Below, piece after piece: positions 12,059 to 24,852 of a stretch of 64,000 nucleotides of DNA (positions are counted from its first letter, which is position 1; each line of letters starts with the position of its first letter). Source of the stretch: Felis catus (Eukaryota); NCBI RefSeq assembly GCF_018350175.1, contig NC_058382.1, positions 55,926,001 through 55,990,000 of the forward strand, given 5' to 3'. The notes under the pieces are model-generated. The model did no database searches, was not told where the DNA came from, and saw only the letters and a list, made by a program, of their open reading frames with translations. A program made the position numbers and the translations under genes.

Positions 12059-12688
12059 GAGTTGATCTTCATTACTTGAGGATTCTGTATTTGTGAATTT
12101 GCCTATTCACTAAAATGTATTTATAACCCCCAAATCAACACTCACAGTTCTCTTGTGGTCCTTTGCAGACAGGCACAGTGTAACCAAAAATCTGAATTAT
12201 CATGCGTGTTCCAAGCTCCAAGAGGTGAAACTCTGCCTTTCTGGTTTCATTTTCATGGTGCAAACAAGTGTCATTTTGCTGATATTCAGTGCCATTTTTT
12301 TTTGCACATTTTTTGCTCTGTGTTGGCAATTTTTCTGTTTAAAATGGCCCATGAGTATAATGTGGAAGTGCTGTCTGCTGTCCCTAAGTGCAGACGGCTG
12401 TGTTTTCAAGAAAATGTGTGTTAGACAAGCTTCATTCAGGCATGTGTTATAGTGTTTGTTGACTACGGGTTCAATGTTAATGCGTGAACAATATATATTA
12501 AATGAGCTGTCTTTAAATAGAAACACATATAAAAAAAGGTTATGTATTGATTGAATGGCAGAAATGTTGTGACCAGAGACTTGTAGGAACATGACCTTGT
12601 TTCCACCAGGAGCCATGGTTTACTATTTGCTAATTCAGTGCTCATAGTGACTTTATAGAACATAACTACCATAAATGAGAACCAATTG
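12059..12688 (+). mobile_element. MER82-like TcMar-Tigger fossil, near full length
   Basis: 'ggattctgtatttgtgaatttgcctattcactaaaat...ccccaaatcaa...gtgaccagag...gactttatagaacataactacc'. Confidence 0.85.
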
Positions 12689-13269
12689 TGTATACAAATC
12701 TCCTTAAATCCTCCCAGAGCTGTATGGCAGGAGTAGAGTAGGGAGCTTCAGTTCCTGGACTCTGGGCCACAGTCACCATGTCCCTGTCTGCCTACAGCCA
12801 TTATACACTTGGTTTTGCCAAGGCCCTTAGCTTCTGGAGACCCTGCTGGGGGGAGCTGGGGTGTGTTTGTCCTTAGGTGTCTTTCTGTCTTTCCAGGCTC
12901 CTGCAATCAGCCACATATTAGGGGAATAGATGGCTTATCATTTGTTGTACCAATTATGCCACAGACAAAACCTTTTTGTGTACATTAAATAGTAGAGTCA
13001 CTTTAGTAAGGCAGCCAGTCCCCCCTTTGAAGGCAAGGTCTCTCTGGATCACAGCACAGCAAGGCCGTAACCAGTCCTCCCACTCAAATGGATGGATGGC
13101 CACACATTGCGTTTATTGCTTCTGTAAAGAGAGCTAAACTTGAAGACTCATTGGGTGCCTCGAGCTGACCTCACACTCTCTATGGAGTGGGCAGTGTGCT
13201 GTGAGGGACAGCACAGGCATCAAAGATTGACCCAGCATGTCTAGGAATCTGGGCTCTATCATGTAACAA

Positions 13270-13530
13270 TGGCAACAATAACAAACGTTCGCTTTTTTTT
13301 TTTTTTTTTACCATTTACTATAACCCAGGCACCATGATAAGTGAGGCATGTGAATGAACTTCAGTTATCTGTTGTGCACATCACAACAACATGAGGCTGG
13401 TTCTGCTAATACTCCCATTTTGCTGATGAGAAAAGTAAAGCTTAGGGAGGAGAAATTGTGTGTCCCAGATCACACAGATAGAAAGCAGTGAGGCCATAAT
13501 GAAGTTAGGTTGTTCAACCCCAGAGCTAGC
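13270..13530 (-). mobile_element. MIR SINE
   Basis: 'cccattttgctgatgagaaaagtaaagcttagggagg...cccagatcacacag'. Confidence 0.65.
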
Positions 13531-13877
13531 CTACCTTCCGACCACACCCATGATGCTATTCCACATCCTTGAGGATCAGAGTCTTTGTCAAGATGGCTGA
13601 TGATTCCCATGGAGAACCTACATAAAATGCATTGTGTTGGCCCTGTCACTGAGTTAAGTTCAGTAACAGGTCCTGGTCCTCTTGCCCTGAGGCCAACTCT
13701 GAGCATTCTGGGGTTTCCTCTAAACTGGGAGAGGAGTCAGCTGTTCCTTCTGGGAATGGAATGGCTGCACCTGTACCTTTAGAAGTGATGTTATACCAAC
13801 TGATTGATGTTGTCTCACGTACTAGTAGAGAAATGAAAGAGTCAGATGTTGAATTTAGGAGGTCAGCCTTCAGTCAC

Positions 13878-14325
13878 TGCTTTAGCTGGGTACCCCACAG
13901 AGCAGAGGGCTTATGTGTTCATACTGTGTTAGGGAAGATAATTACAGAGAGTAAGGGTGAAGGAGCAGGGTGGCGAAGCAGGGAAGGAGGGTGAAGCAGG
14001 GTGAGGATGTGCACACCTGACTGGACACCTCCAAGTGCAACTGACAAGTTTGCCCCTGAGAAGCCTGCCTCCTGGAGTTGAGGGGTGGGAGGAGCAAAAG
14101 TGTATCCACTCTCTTATCTGCCATTGGCCAAATGTTTGCCCAAGGGACTTTCCTTCTCTTGCACGTTTGGGTTGTGCATGTGTGGATGACGTGTCCCTAT
14201 AGAGTCAAGAAGGAAGCCCTACGGCAGGAGGTGAGAGGCTCATAGGCCAGCAGATGCTGAGTGTTGTCACCTATTTGTCTCAGAGCCAGAGCTGGAGCAA
14301 GGGAGGGCAGGAGGCTCTACAACAG
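13878..14325 (-). mobile_element. ERVL solo LTR (LTR33/LTR16-family-like)
   Basis: Purine-rich 'cagggaaggaggg' block and 'tatccact...ccattggcc' TATA/CCAAT remnant. Heavily diverged. Confidence 0.45.
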
Positions 14326-15159
14326 TGCATACCCAGTGTCTGAGACAGTCAGGAAATTATAGTCACCCTCACACCCCCATCCACGTTCCCACAGCTCATT
14401 CCTGCTTACTGCATCCTGGGCTTTTCCGTACCTCTGCCCTGCCATGGCAGGCATTCACAACTGTGTGGTTAGGGAGCCTTTTCAATCTTTTTATGCTCTT
14501 CTTTCAAAGCTGTCTCGAAATGAGATAAGTTAAAGCCTAATACAGTTTTTCAGAAACACCTGTATTTGTCTGGCTGACCTAATATTAACACAGGTCCTCG
14601 TCTCTACTTGAATGTTACTCCGTCTATTGCTACATCATTACCAGGGCTGCGCTCTGAGTCTTTAGAGCTCATCTGTGTGCCCGATGCCATGAATACCAAA
14701 TAGGTATTGTAGGATGGCTCACACCCCGCAGGGGAGACAGCACTAGGTTACCTAGTGGCTTTACGAAGACTCATGAGAGGCAGCATGCAAATCATGGGCT
14801 TGTGGCTTCCTACTTCAACTGCTCTGCTGAATCCTGGCACCTATGATGTTGGTTGTTTGCTCTGTCTCATGGGCCCTGGTCACAAGGTGAATGATGCTGT
14901 CCAGCTGGGAGAGCAGAGTTGACAAGAACTGCTAACCCCAGGGAGCTGTCAGACCCACAGATAATTAAAGGGTGCCTAGGACACACTGCCAAGTCTATTA
15001 TTAGGTCTAGGGACTTGACTTCATTCCACAAAGGACAGAAGAAGTTGACAGTGAAACATTCAGGGTCTGTACAGGCATAGGCGACATGATCCTTGGCCTA
15101 AAGCTACAACTAAGGACAGCCATTTGGGCAGTGTTTTTGCCTTAAGTAGGACTCTGGAC

Positions 15160-15322
15160 TATGCACTTCAGTATCCTGTGGCATGGTATGAAAAATGAAG
15201 AGATTTAGGGGACCTGCCTCTGACCTACAGATTCAGAATTCCTTGGGGGTGGGGCCCAGGCATCTGTATTTTAACAAGCTTCCCAAGTGGTTCTGGGGCA
15301 CGCTAAAGTTTGGGAACCACTG
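15160..15322 (-). mobile_element. MER5A/B (hAT-Charlie)
   Basis: 'gggggtggggcccaggcatctgtattttaacaagc...aagtttgggaaccactg'. Confidence 0.8.
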
Positions 15323-16555
15323 CCCTAGGTGTCATCAGCGAAACGGGCCTCGTGGGGAACTCTAAGCTGTGTCATGGTCCGGTGCAGTGTCTGCGAGAGA
15401 ACAGGGAAAGCCAAAGAGTGGCTCCACCAAAGGGGTTATGAGCCCTCGCGTTCGTGTCAGACTGTAGTTCCAGAATTTCTGTGAATGCGAGTTTCCCCCT
15501 GTGGAAAGTAGAGGTGACAACAGGGACTATTAATATCCTAGGGGTTGGAGGATTAAATGATTCGATGCTCATGGCATTCTCAGCACATTGGCGTCCTTCT
15601 GGCCGTGTTTGTTATTCCTCTCATTACCACCTGCATCAAAGGGGCTAGATCAGCTGGACCCACAGGCCATGGGTGAGCCTCAAATCTGAGAAAATCAAGA
15701 CTCAGGCTTGAATAATGCCTCCCGAGGGCGTGTCAGGAAACCCACTGCAGACCAATGTTTGGTCACCTTTCAGTGATGTCATTCCTCTCTAGTAGACTTT
15801 GGTGCAGGGTCACACATGGGGAGAGCGGGTTGGAGAAAACTGAGTCTCAGATGAAAGGACTGCCTTCTCAGACACCCAGTATAAGGCATATGGGCTCTGT
15901 CCTGCCTCTCAAGCCCAATAGATCATACTACCCCATCAAGTACCTGAGAAAGGCACACACGGATAAGATAGATCTTATCCATGACCGTATTAATAAAGTC
16001 TACAGAGAAAATAGTGGGTCTTTTAGGACCTACCCATTGAGCCTTTTATTTTAAGTGACACATTCTAGTACTAGCATAATTGTAATTCTGATAACATTAC
16101 TTGTAATACTGTCTCCAGTCCTCAGAATTAATTTGACTGGAAAAATTCCAGAAGGACTTAAATGTTTCTCATTAAAAGCATTATAGATAACTTATTAGAC
16201 ATTGTAACTAATTGTAATATTGCCCAATGTAAAGCCACCCAATTAAGATGCTGTTTCTTTTCTTGTGATGAGTTGGCAAACCTTTTCCATATGAGTATGC
16301 CCTCTAGAATCTAGATCAATTAAGCATATATAATTGGACTGAACCATTCACTCCCCTATCATCACTCTCTCTAGTGAGATATGTCCCAGCTGGGTTGGTA
16401 GGCTTGCAAAGACAAATGTCCCGAACTCTAGTTAGGGAGGTGACAAATGGATCTCTGTAAGCAGCTTAAGTGCTAACTATTTCTCCTGGCCCCTTTGGCA
16501 GACTTGTATTCTGTTTTCTCAGTATGGAGAATGTCTTGCGATTTGTACGTTTTCC

Positions 16556-16558
<3 letters not shown>

Positions 16559-16590
<32 letters not shown>
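16559..16590. repeat. Poly-A tract (A32)
   Basis: Pure homopolymer with no recognisable SINE or L1 body upstream. Confidence 0.95.
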
Positions 16591-16592
<2 letters not shown>

Positions 16593-17569
16593 AGTGCTTA
16601 TGTGCCCTTCATTCCTGATCTACCTTAAGGAACAAATACACGGATTAGAAAGCAGCCCCTGTGGGGTTGTTGCTGCTGGTGTCTGGATTTGAGGCTCTGC
16701 TTGGGTTTCTTGAGTCCCTGAGTTATACGGGACTTCTGGCTAGACTGACCTCTTCCTGTGCCTGGGAATTAAAGCAGGGATGTTCCAATTGCCAGCAAGG
16801 CATTTGACCTCATGCTGAATCGCAAATGGTTCCCTAACCAGAACATTGGAGAGTCATCTGGAGAGATCAGGAAATAACCAGAAGCTTTTGTAGGAGCTTT
16901 AGAACAATGGCTGCTGTGGTCTGTTAAAAGAGGGAACAGCTTAGAGCTACTCTTCCCTCTTCCTTCTCTCTACTTTCCCCCAATGGATTCTCCTCTGGGC
17001 ACATATGAGTGTGAAATGAGGGGAAAAAAGAAAAACCACTTGAAACAAAATAGAAGCAACAGTGACTCTACAGTCAATGAAAAATTCACATCTACAGGGA
17101 AGCATGAACTTACAGGTTGTGTAACTGTGTACTGCCCAGGTCTGCTGTCCCTGGACGCGACAGGGCAGAGAGGGTTGTCACAGGGGGATGCGCTTCCCAC
17201 AGAATTTCAGAATGGGCCAGACAGACATTTGCGGTGTTTAGAGTGTACAGATAATATATACATATAATTTGGGGTAGTCGGGTATGAAACTTAAAGACAC
17301 ATCCCTAGATTTCCCTTTAATAAATCATCTCTTGTAGTCATTTTCCATCAACGGGCAATTCAGTAAAAGTTGGAATTGAGCATAATGTTGCATATCATTT
17401 CAGAACATCTGGTCCTAATATGTTGTAACAGCTGTTTAGTACCTGAGATATAAACAAAACATTTTTCCTATGGCTGTTACTGTTTATCCTCTTGGAGGCG
17501 CAGGATCATTGAGGTAAGTTGGCTTCCCAGTATCTCCTAACACAGATAATAGTAGCAGGAACAATATCA

Positions 17570-17780
17570 CCAATGCAGTGATGATTCTCATGTTTGGTTT
17601 TACTATGTGCCAGACACTGTGCTAAGCACATTTTATATAGATCTCATTAAATCTTCACATCTGCCTTTTAGACGTGTTTAAATGAAGAAAAAGAAAAAAG
17701 TCATAATGCTAGAGATGGGCTCTCCTGAAAGTTGAACCTAAGTCTGCTTAACACCAAAGCTAATGTCCTTTTACCATTAC
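17570..17780 (-). mobile_element. MIR SINE
   Basis: 'tactatgtgccagacactgtgctaagcac...atctcattaaatcttcaca'. Confidence 0.65.
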
Positions 17781-17933
17781 AATAAACCGTTCCTAAGTAA
17801 AGTAAATGAGAATAGAACATTACTGTGTAAGTAATAAATGACGAAGACAACAGAAGGGAATCCAGACGGATTTTTTATGGTTTGATTTCAGAATACAAGA
17901 CTGATTTTTGACACTATATTGTGTTGTGTACAG

Positions 17934-17952
17934 TGTCACCAGGTGGCGGTAT
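17934..17952 (+). promoter_or_regulatory. Candidate CTCF binding motif
   Basis: tgTCACCAGGTGGCGGtat versus core CCASYAGRKGGCRS (one mismatch), in unique sequence. Confidence 0.55.
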
Positions 17953-18669
17953 TGTACCTTGGTCACATGAGCCAATCAACGAGCCCTGTTCTTTTCCTAC
18001 TATTTAAGATGGTAAGCTCCTGAGCAAAGCCACATCTATAAACATGCCATTACAAAGCTTCAATCAAAATTTTTAAGGTAAAAATTTAAAGAAAATAATT
18101 ATACCTATATGCTCACTATCAACACAGACAGATCTTTAAAGCAAAGTTCATAAAAATAGTTTTAAGATAGTTATTTATTTTTATTTTTTTTATCACTAAC
18201 CCTTATCTGTTATTCAAATAGCATAGTCTACCCATAATCTTATACTTAGGGTTTGATAAAAATACTAATATTCAAGAACTCAAGAGAAATATTAACTTAA
18301 TACCCAAGCTTCTCCAGAACTCAATTTCTCAGATCCATATTTGAGTTTCTAAAGATTTTAGTTGTTTACCTTCTGGGTTTTCTTAGGGCTTCCTCTCCAT
18401 TCATGACCTATTGCTTTCTACAAGAAGAGATACACCAGGGGGCAGACATGTCCAAGAGTAAGGGAAAGAGAAAGTTACACACCCGAGAAGTGCCCCATCC
18501 TATGAACATCCTTTACACTGTGCCTCACTGAAGAAGGAGGAATTTCTTCAGATAACGCCCTGCCTCGCCCTGTCACTGTCACTCATTTTGGAAAGCATAG
18601 CTTCATTTCCAGGATGCTTCCAGGGATCATCCCTATTTTCTCTTTGGCACTCTCCCCCCCTTGCTTTTC

Positions 18670-18937
18670 AGTGCTTAAGCTAAGAGCTAAGACTTGAGGT
18701 GGGAAGGTGTGTGGTCAGATTCTAACTCTGTAACTTTCTAGTTGTGTGAGTTTGGGAAAATTACTTAAGCTTTTGAGCTTTATTTTTCTCATCTGCAAAA
18801 TAGGGGAAAAAATAGGACGAGTAGCAGTAACTACCCCATGGGCCTCTTGCAAGGATCAACTGAGATTATGTACAAACGATTTGGCAGAGTGTGATGCTAA
18901 TCATTAACCCTCCTCCATAAATGACAGCTACTGTTAC
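18670..18937 (+). mobile_element. MIR SINE, near full length
   Basis: 'ctagttgtgtgagtttgggaaaattacttaagcttttgagcttt..ttctcatctgcaaaataggg...ataaatgacagctactgtta'. Confidence 0.75.
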
Positions 18938-19559
18938 CATGCAATTGACTCCTACTTCTATCTCTCTATTCTGATTTCTCTCCTAAGTTCCTATCACCTT
19001 ACACTCAGTACATCAGTAGGCTATGACCACCCCTCAAGTTAGTTTTAGTCCCTCCAAACCGTCATATTTCCATCATTGATATTAATGTTTCCTAACTATG
19101 ATATTTCCATCTTTGATTTTAATGTTCTTGAAATCCCTCAGAGTCAAAATGCCCTGTAACATTCTTGACTATTTTATCCTTCAGTTGTCCCCAATCTTTT
19201 TGTCCTACATTGTTCCACCCACTTTCCTACTCACACTTGTGGATAATCAGCCGCTGACTCCCATCTTTTCCTTTTTTATCTGCCTCTTATAAGCCTTGGT
19301 TCCATTCTCTCCGATATAGTGCTTCCATTGAATTACCCGTCCTCACTGATTTGCTATTTTACATAGACTTCCTTGTGACTTTCTTGGTAGGTGGGGATAT
19401 CATGTTTCACTTAAGAAAGGAACCATATTTTCACTGTCTGTGTCCTCCCTTAGTGCCCTGTAAAGCACTGGCCCCAAGGAGGAATTTGGTAGATGTATGT
19501 GGCTGATTAATTTCCAAGGTCCTGCCATTGTTCCTACTCACAGTCATTTCTTCCTTTGT

Positions 19560-20030
19560 CCTGTTATTCATTCAACAATTCCCTCATTCTGTTATTCAGT
19601 AAACACTTACTGGGCTTTATGTTCTTGCAGGAGTTGAGAATAGTAATATAACAGTTCTCTTTAGGAGCTCACTAGCAGGAAAGAAAAGTATCTCTAAGGA
19701 AAGGGCCTTGGGAATTAAAATTTTTGGTGCAACAAACGTTTACTGAGCACTCAATGTAACTCAAACACTTCACTGGGCTCTGGGTTTTTCAGTGGTAAAC
19801 AAGATAGGCACAGCCCTGGTGGAATGCACGACCTAGCAGAGGAGATGGTATTAGATAAATAAGTCTGGGAGTCGTGAAGATTACAACAGAGTGAATACAG
19901 TAGCACAGCGAAAAGGTTTTTATCCTGAGTTGGGAAATGTCTCTTGAGAAGATTGTATTTAACCTAAAGTTGAAGAATTGAGTATAAAGAGCTGAGCAGG
20001 ATGTGTGTCAGGGGCAGGAGGAGGAGTGTT
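19560..20030 (-). mobile_element. L2 3' fragments
   Basis: 'attcattcaacaa', 'caacaaacgtttactgagcact...gtggtaaacaagataggcacagccct'. Confidence 0.55.
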
Positions 20031-20363
20031 GACATTAGAGTGGATTGAGGGAGGTTTCACAGAGATGACACTGGCACGGGCTGTTAACATATGCATAGAA
20101 GCTCAGTCATCAGTGTGGGAACATTAGCAACTCCAAATCCCCTGAAATTGAGAGACCTCTTAAGCTCTGTCCACATCTGGCAATGTTCTCTTTCATGCAT
20201 CTCTAGTATGTGCATTGGTTTAGTGTGGTAATGGAGTCCACAGAATGAAAGTTTTCTTTTTTCTTCAAATTTTTGAAAGGTGTACTCCAGGGCTCAAGGG
20301 TTAATTATGTTGGTTCTTCTGTTTGTGTTTTTCTTCTCCTTTAAGAACAACAGGCTTTTGAGT

Positions 20364-20583
20364 GGGGTGCCTGGGTGGCTCAGTCGGTTAAGCATCCGAC
20401 TTCGGCTCAGGTCATGATATCACAGTTGTGAATGCAAGCCCCATGTTGGGCTCTGTGCCAACAGCTCAGAGCCTGGAGCCTGCTTCAGATTCTGTGTCTT
20501 GCTCTCTCTCTCTGCCCCTCCACCACTCGTGCTCTGTCTCTCACCCTCTCTCAAAAATAAAAATAAACATTAAGAAAAAAAAA
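20364..20583 (+). mobile_element. Can-SINE (SINEC_Fc-like)
   Basis: Full length. TSD aaca(g/t)gcttttga. Confidence 0.96.
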
Positions 20584-23571
20584 GAACATGCTTTTGAAGG
20601 TGCAGTCCTAAAATCTTTATCATTAGAATTGCAAGCAGGCTTTCACATGCAATGGGAGAGGAATTAGCAGGAAATTCCACCCAAGTTCAATTAACCTTGA
20701 ACCCTTACGGTGGCATTGTGGCCATCTTGTATCAGTTTAGAGAATTATCATCTTGATTGGCAGGATTGACAGATTAAATTTCACTCTTCTAAATTGTCTT
20801 TAGAGAGATCCCTTCCTTCAAATCAGACTAGAGATTGCACTATACCTAACATTGTAATTGGATCATTTGTTTTTCACATCTGATTAAAGGTATTGGAAAT
20901 GAACAGGATGTCTACGCAAATGCAGGGGCATAAAAAGTATGAGCAATTTTCCAAATAGTCAGGGAAATTTCCTTTTACCTCTGTCTCTATGTCAGAGTTG
21001 AAATCCTCAGTTAACTGCAGCAAGGGCCAAGTACCCGGACATGAAGATATCTTGATTCTTGTATTCCTAATTCTGCCTCAGAGAAGTCCTTGGATCAGAC
21101 ACACAAAACCAGAGGGGAGCTCTCATCAGGGATTACATAGATGGTGGATATTTAAATTTGCAAAACATTATCAAGAAATATGAGACATGTCAGCCATCTC
21201 CTGTGCTAACATTTTTTCAAAGTGAATTATTTTGTGGATGTTCGAGGTGGGGGAATACTGGAGAGAAAAAAAGACAGGAGGAACCAAATTATTTATAATT
21301 ATGATATGTATGTGTTGGCGGGACGGGGGCTGCCTTCTGAGGCGCAAGTGGATGACAAAGAATAAGTTATCTCTTTATAGATAGAACATGGCAATAATTG
21401 CATAGTTTCTGGCTTCAAAAAGTCATAATCTATTAATTTGATGGATATCCAAAAGCCATAATCTGTCAATCAGGTGTCAGAAGAAAGAGTGTCTCAGAGC
21501 TTTGAAGCATGACATTTAGAATACTGCTGGATACCTTTATTTTTATTCTGATAGCAATAGGGAGAAAGGATTCGAATGTTCTCAGCACAGTTAGGGAATG
21601 AATATCTTTTAGCTGTCTTAACAATTTTGCAACTTAAAAGTGTTATTGGATCAGTATGCTGTATTGAAAAAGTGTAAGAGTCACACTGCAGTGAATTAGA
21701 GAGAGATGATTTTGTCCTAAGATTTTGTTGACATACCTGTTGTGGTATTGCTTCCTTGGTTTAAATGTGAACGGAACCTGATATTTTATTTCCTCACAAA
21801 TTCTTGTGGTCAATCTATTATTTCTATATACTGGGTGGATATGTCCTTGAAACTTACTAATGGTCACTGAGGAAAATGCTCTAGTCTATCAGTGGGGTAT
21901 CAGATTGATGGACGGAATAAATGGAAAATGTCACACACATAGAAAAATAGAGTTTTTCCAGAACCCAGTAAGCTTGCTGGTACCAGTGAACAAAGACCTT
22001 GTCCTCCTTTGATAGGAAGAGAAGAATTTAATGCCTCAACCCCTTGCCGTTACAGCATATATTTCAAAACTGAACGGAGTGGCGTTTGCTAAAGGAGTTC
22101 CTTTAGTTTAAGATGCTCTTCTAGATACGTCAGAAATTTTATGCAAAAATATTTCTGGTGCAGAGGTCACCAAACCCATTGGGTTTGCTTTCCTGCTCGC
22201 GGCAAGCATGGCAAAGGAACATTCTGTGTTCCCTTCCTGCCTTTCCTTCCGAGGCCCAGCTAAAGTTCAAGCTGAAGACGGAATTACCCTGCGTATCCCA
22301 TTTAGCCTTCGTGGCCCCTATCTTTAACACAAACACCTCGTTTAAGAGGCAGAGAGTGGGAAGGGCATCAGCGTTCAGAAGCCAAGGTAAAGGGGTATTA
22401 TTCTTCCTGCAGAGCTATTCTGAACCTAGACCGTGTCTTCGGGAGACCAGAGCAGCTATAAGAAGTAGACTGGCTCTTCTCTCTCTCCCCATGAACCAGC
22501 TTCCCTGGGGGTTTGCCCAAACATACTCACCATAGTATTATTCTAAGGACAGGGAAGGAGGGATGGAGGTGAGATTTATTAACACTCCATCTGTGCCCTA
22601 CAGCATTCTAGGTGCTTTGTCTATGAAAATTTATTTTATTTCCACAATGATCTCATCCATGTTCATGGTTTAATTTCATCCACCTGACCACTAATGACTC
22701 ACATATTTAGCCCTTCAATTTAGTCATCTCTGGACTCCAGGGCTGTATACCTAACAACCAAGTTGATATTCTTCTTTCCTGTCTCAAAGGCATATCAGAC
22801 TTAACATTTCCCAACCCAACACATGGTTTTTACTCCCAAACATCGCTGCTTTCTACTGTGCTCTACCATAATCCATGGCACCACCATCCATCCAGTTTTG
22901 TGCTTCCCTCATTTCCAAATTTAAATCCTATTTCCTATCTATATTGGGAACCCATCCACTTCTCTCCATGTGCAATGCCAGCACTCTAATCTGAGATACC
23001 TCCGTTCTGTGTCTTGAATACCAATATGGCCTCACAGCTGGTCTCCCCTTCGTCACTTTTACCTTTCTCCAATCTGCTCTTTTCTCCTTAGCCACAGTGA
23101 TCTTTGCTTTGATATGATGTATCCAATCATATCACTCCTCTGCTTAAAGTTCTTCAATGGTTTCCCATTGCTTTGAGGATTAAATAAAAAACAAACCCTT
23201 GACATGAGCTACATGGCCTTGCATAGATGCACTTACCAATACCTACTGCTCTAATCTCTTCTCATACAACTCTGCACTTTGAACTCCAGCCACACCAGTC
23301 TTTGGTTGCTGAGATCATCATATACCAAGGCCTTTATACATACTGCTTTCTCTACCAAGAATCTACCTTTAGTTTACCCCTGAGCCTTTTGCCTAGCATA
23401 GACTTTCATCCTTCTGATCCCAGCTCTTTTGTCAGTCTAGATGAGACACCTCTCTGTGCTCTCCTCCACTGCCATAAACCTTTCTCTACTGTCCATCATG
23501 GCAATTCAATTTATTCATGTTGAATATGTGATTAGTGTTTATCTCCCCTTGACTCAAAGCTATACAAGGAC

Positions 23572-23781
23572 TTTTTTCTTTAAACGTTTATTTATTCATT
23601 TTGCAGTGGGGGTGGGGGTGGTTGGCGTGCAGAGAGAGAGGGAGTGAGAGAGTCCCAAGCAGGCTCCGGCTGTCAGCGCAGAGCCCAACACAGGGCTTGA
23701 TCTCATGAACCATGAGATCATCATGACCTGAGCCAAAATCAAGAGTCGAACTCTTAACCAACTGAGCCACCTAGGCTCCTC
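23572..23781 (-). mobile_element. Can-SINE (older copy)
   Basis: 'cccaagcaggctcc..ctgtcagcgcagagccc...aaccaactgagccacctagg'. Confidence 0.93.
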
Positions 23782-23807
23782 CCCCTGCCCACCACCACCA
23801 CCAAGGG

Positions 23808-24043
23808 CTTTTTTCTTTTTTTTTTTTTCTTTTTTTTTTTAACGTTTATTTATTTTTGAGACAGAGAGAAACAGAGCATGAACAGGGGAGGAGCAGAGAG
23901 AGAGGGAGACACAGAATCTGAAACAGGCTCCAGGCTCTGAGCTGTCAGCACAGAGCCCGACACAGGGCTCGAACCCATGAACCGTGAGATCATGACCTGA
24001 GCCGAAGTCGGACGCTTAACCGACTGAGCCACCCAGGTGCCCC
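23808..24043 (-). mobile_element. Young felid SINEC_Fc
   Basis: Near-consensus with CpGs retained. Perfect TSD accaagggctttt at 23800-23812 and 24044-24056. Confidence 0.97.
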
Positions 24044-24817
24044 ACCAAGGGCTTTTAAAAAAACTCATCATTGAATCCCCACTGTTGAGCACAGTGGTTG
24101 GCACCTTGTAGGTAATAAATAATAACTAAATTAATGAATGCATGGGTGAACTAGATAGAATTAGACCCTTTTAACAGATTAAGACATCAAGGCTCACTTT
24201 AAGTAAGAGTTTAGAAGTACCAGATGCAGGATTCAGACGCAGGGTCACAAAACCTAGGACACTGCAATATCTACAGTAGTACTGACAGATTTTGTTTTTA
24301 AGGATCCTCTAATCACAGTATAGTAACACACTGTTTTTCGTTTTAAGGCTCTACCTTTTTTTCTTTGCATGTACACAAAATATTTTGAGGGTAGGAACTG
24401 GAAACTCTAGTTGGAACAAGGCATTTCCTCCTTTTTCCGCTGTCTTGATGTTTTCAGAGTGTCCTGCCCGGTTGAGCCTTTCTTCCAGTGCCTAATCAAA
24501 CTAACCCAGGTGAACTTGGCTGCTGACCTTGCTTTCACAAATTTGCCATCTCAGAATGATTGATGTCTGCTTGGTCCCTGTTGGAAAGGTGGCTGCAAAT
24601 ATGATCCAGGAAATCTATAGTCGCAAATCTAGCATAATTTTAACGAGTCGTGATCAGAATAGTAAGAAGCCCTGCATGGAAGCCTTTGCATGAAAATTAC
24701 TCATCTTCTGTCATCATTGCCCTTTACATTGGCTTCTCCAAGTCCCCATGCGAGGTATCCAGCTCCAGAAACCTCTGAATGTTGTGACCAAACACACTTG
24801 TATTGCATAGATGGTAC

Positions 24818-24852
24818 ATGGATGGGTGGATGCATGGATGGATGGATGGATG
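24818..24852. repeat. Imperfect (GGAT)n repeat
   Basis: atggatgggtggatgcatggatggatggatggatg. Confidence 0.8.

Larger units (their letters stand above)
22690..24150 (+). mobile_element. L2 LINE (3' ORF2 and 3'UTR), interrupted by two SINEs
   Basis: 'tcactcctctgcttaaagttcttcaatggtttcccattgct', 'ctccagccacac'; ends 'gcacagtggttggcac..gtaggt..taaata...aatgaatg'. Confidence 0.75.

Noticed and set aside
12135..12672. Cluster of overlapping ORFs, including the longest one (138 aa)
   Set aside because: All lie inside the MER82-like fossil and show no transposase or other domain motif that I recognise.
17404..17519. Perfect splice donor GAG|GTAAGT at 17513/17514
   Set aside because: With the upstream acceptor at 17403, all three frames contain stops. 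Isolated consensus donors are common in introns.
17972..18042. CCAAT (17972) and TATAAA (18037) at promoter-like spacing
   Set aside because: These are short motifs in AT-rich DNA with no CpG island or downstream exon, so they are expected by chance.
23850..24104. Recurrent peptides such as WVAQSVKRPTSAQVMIS in many ORFs, resembling a gene family
   Set aside because: These are translations of Can-SINE sequence.
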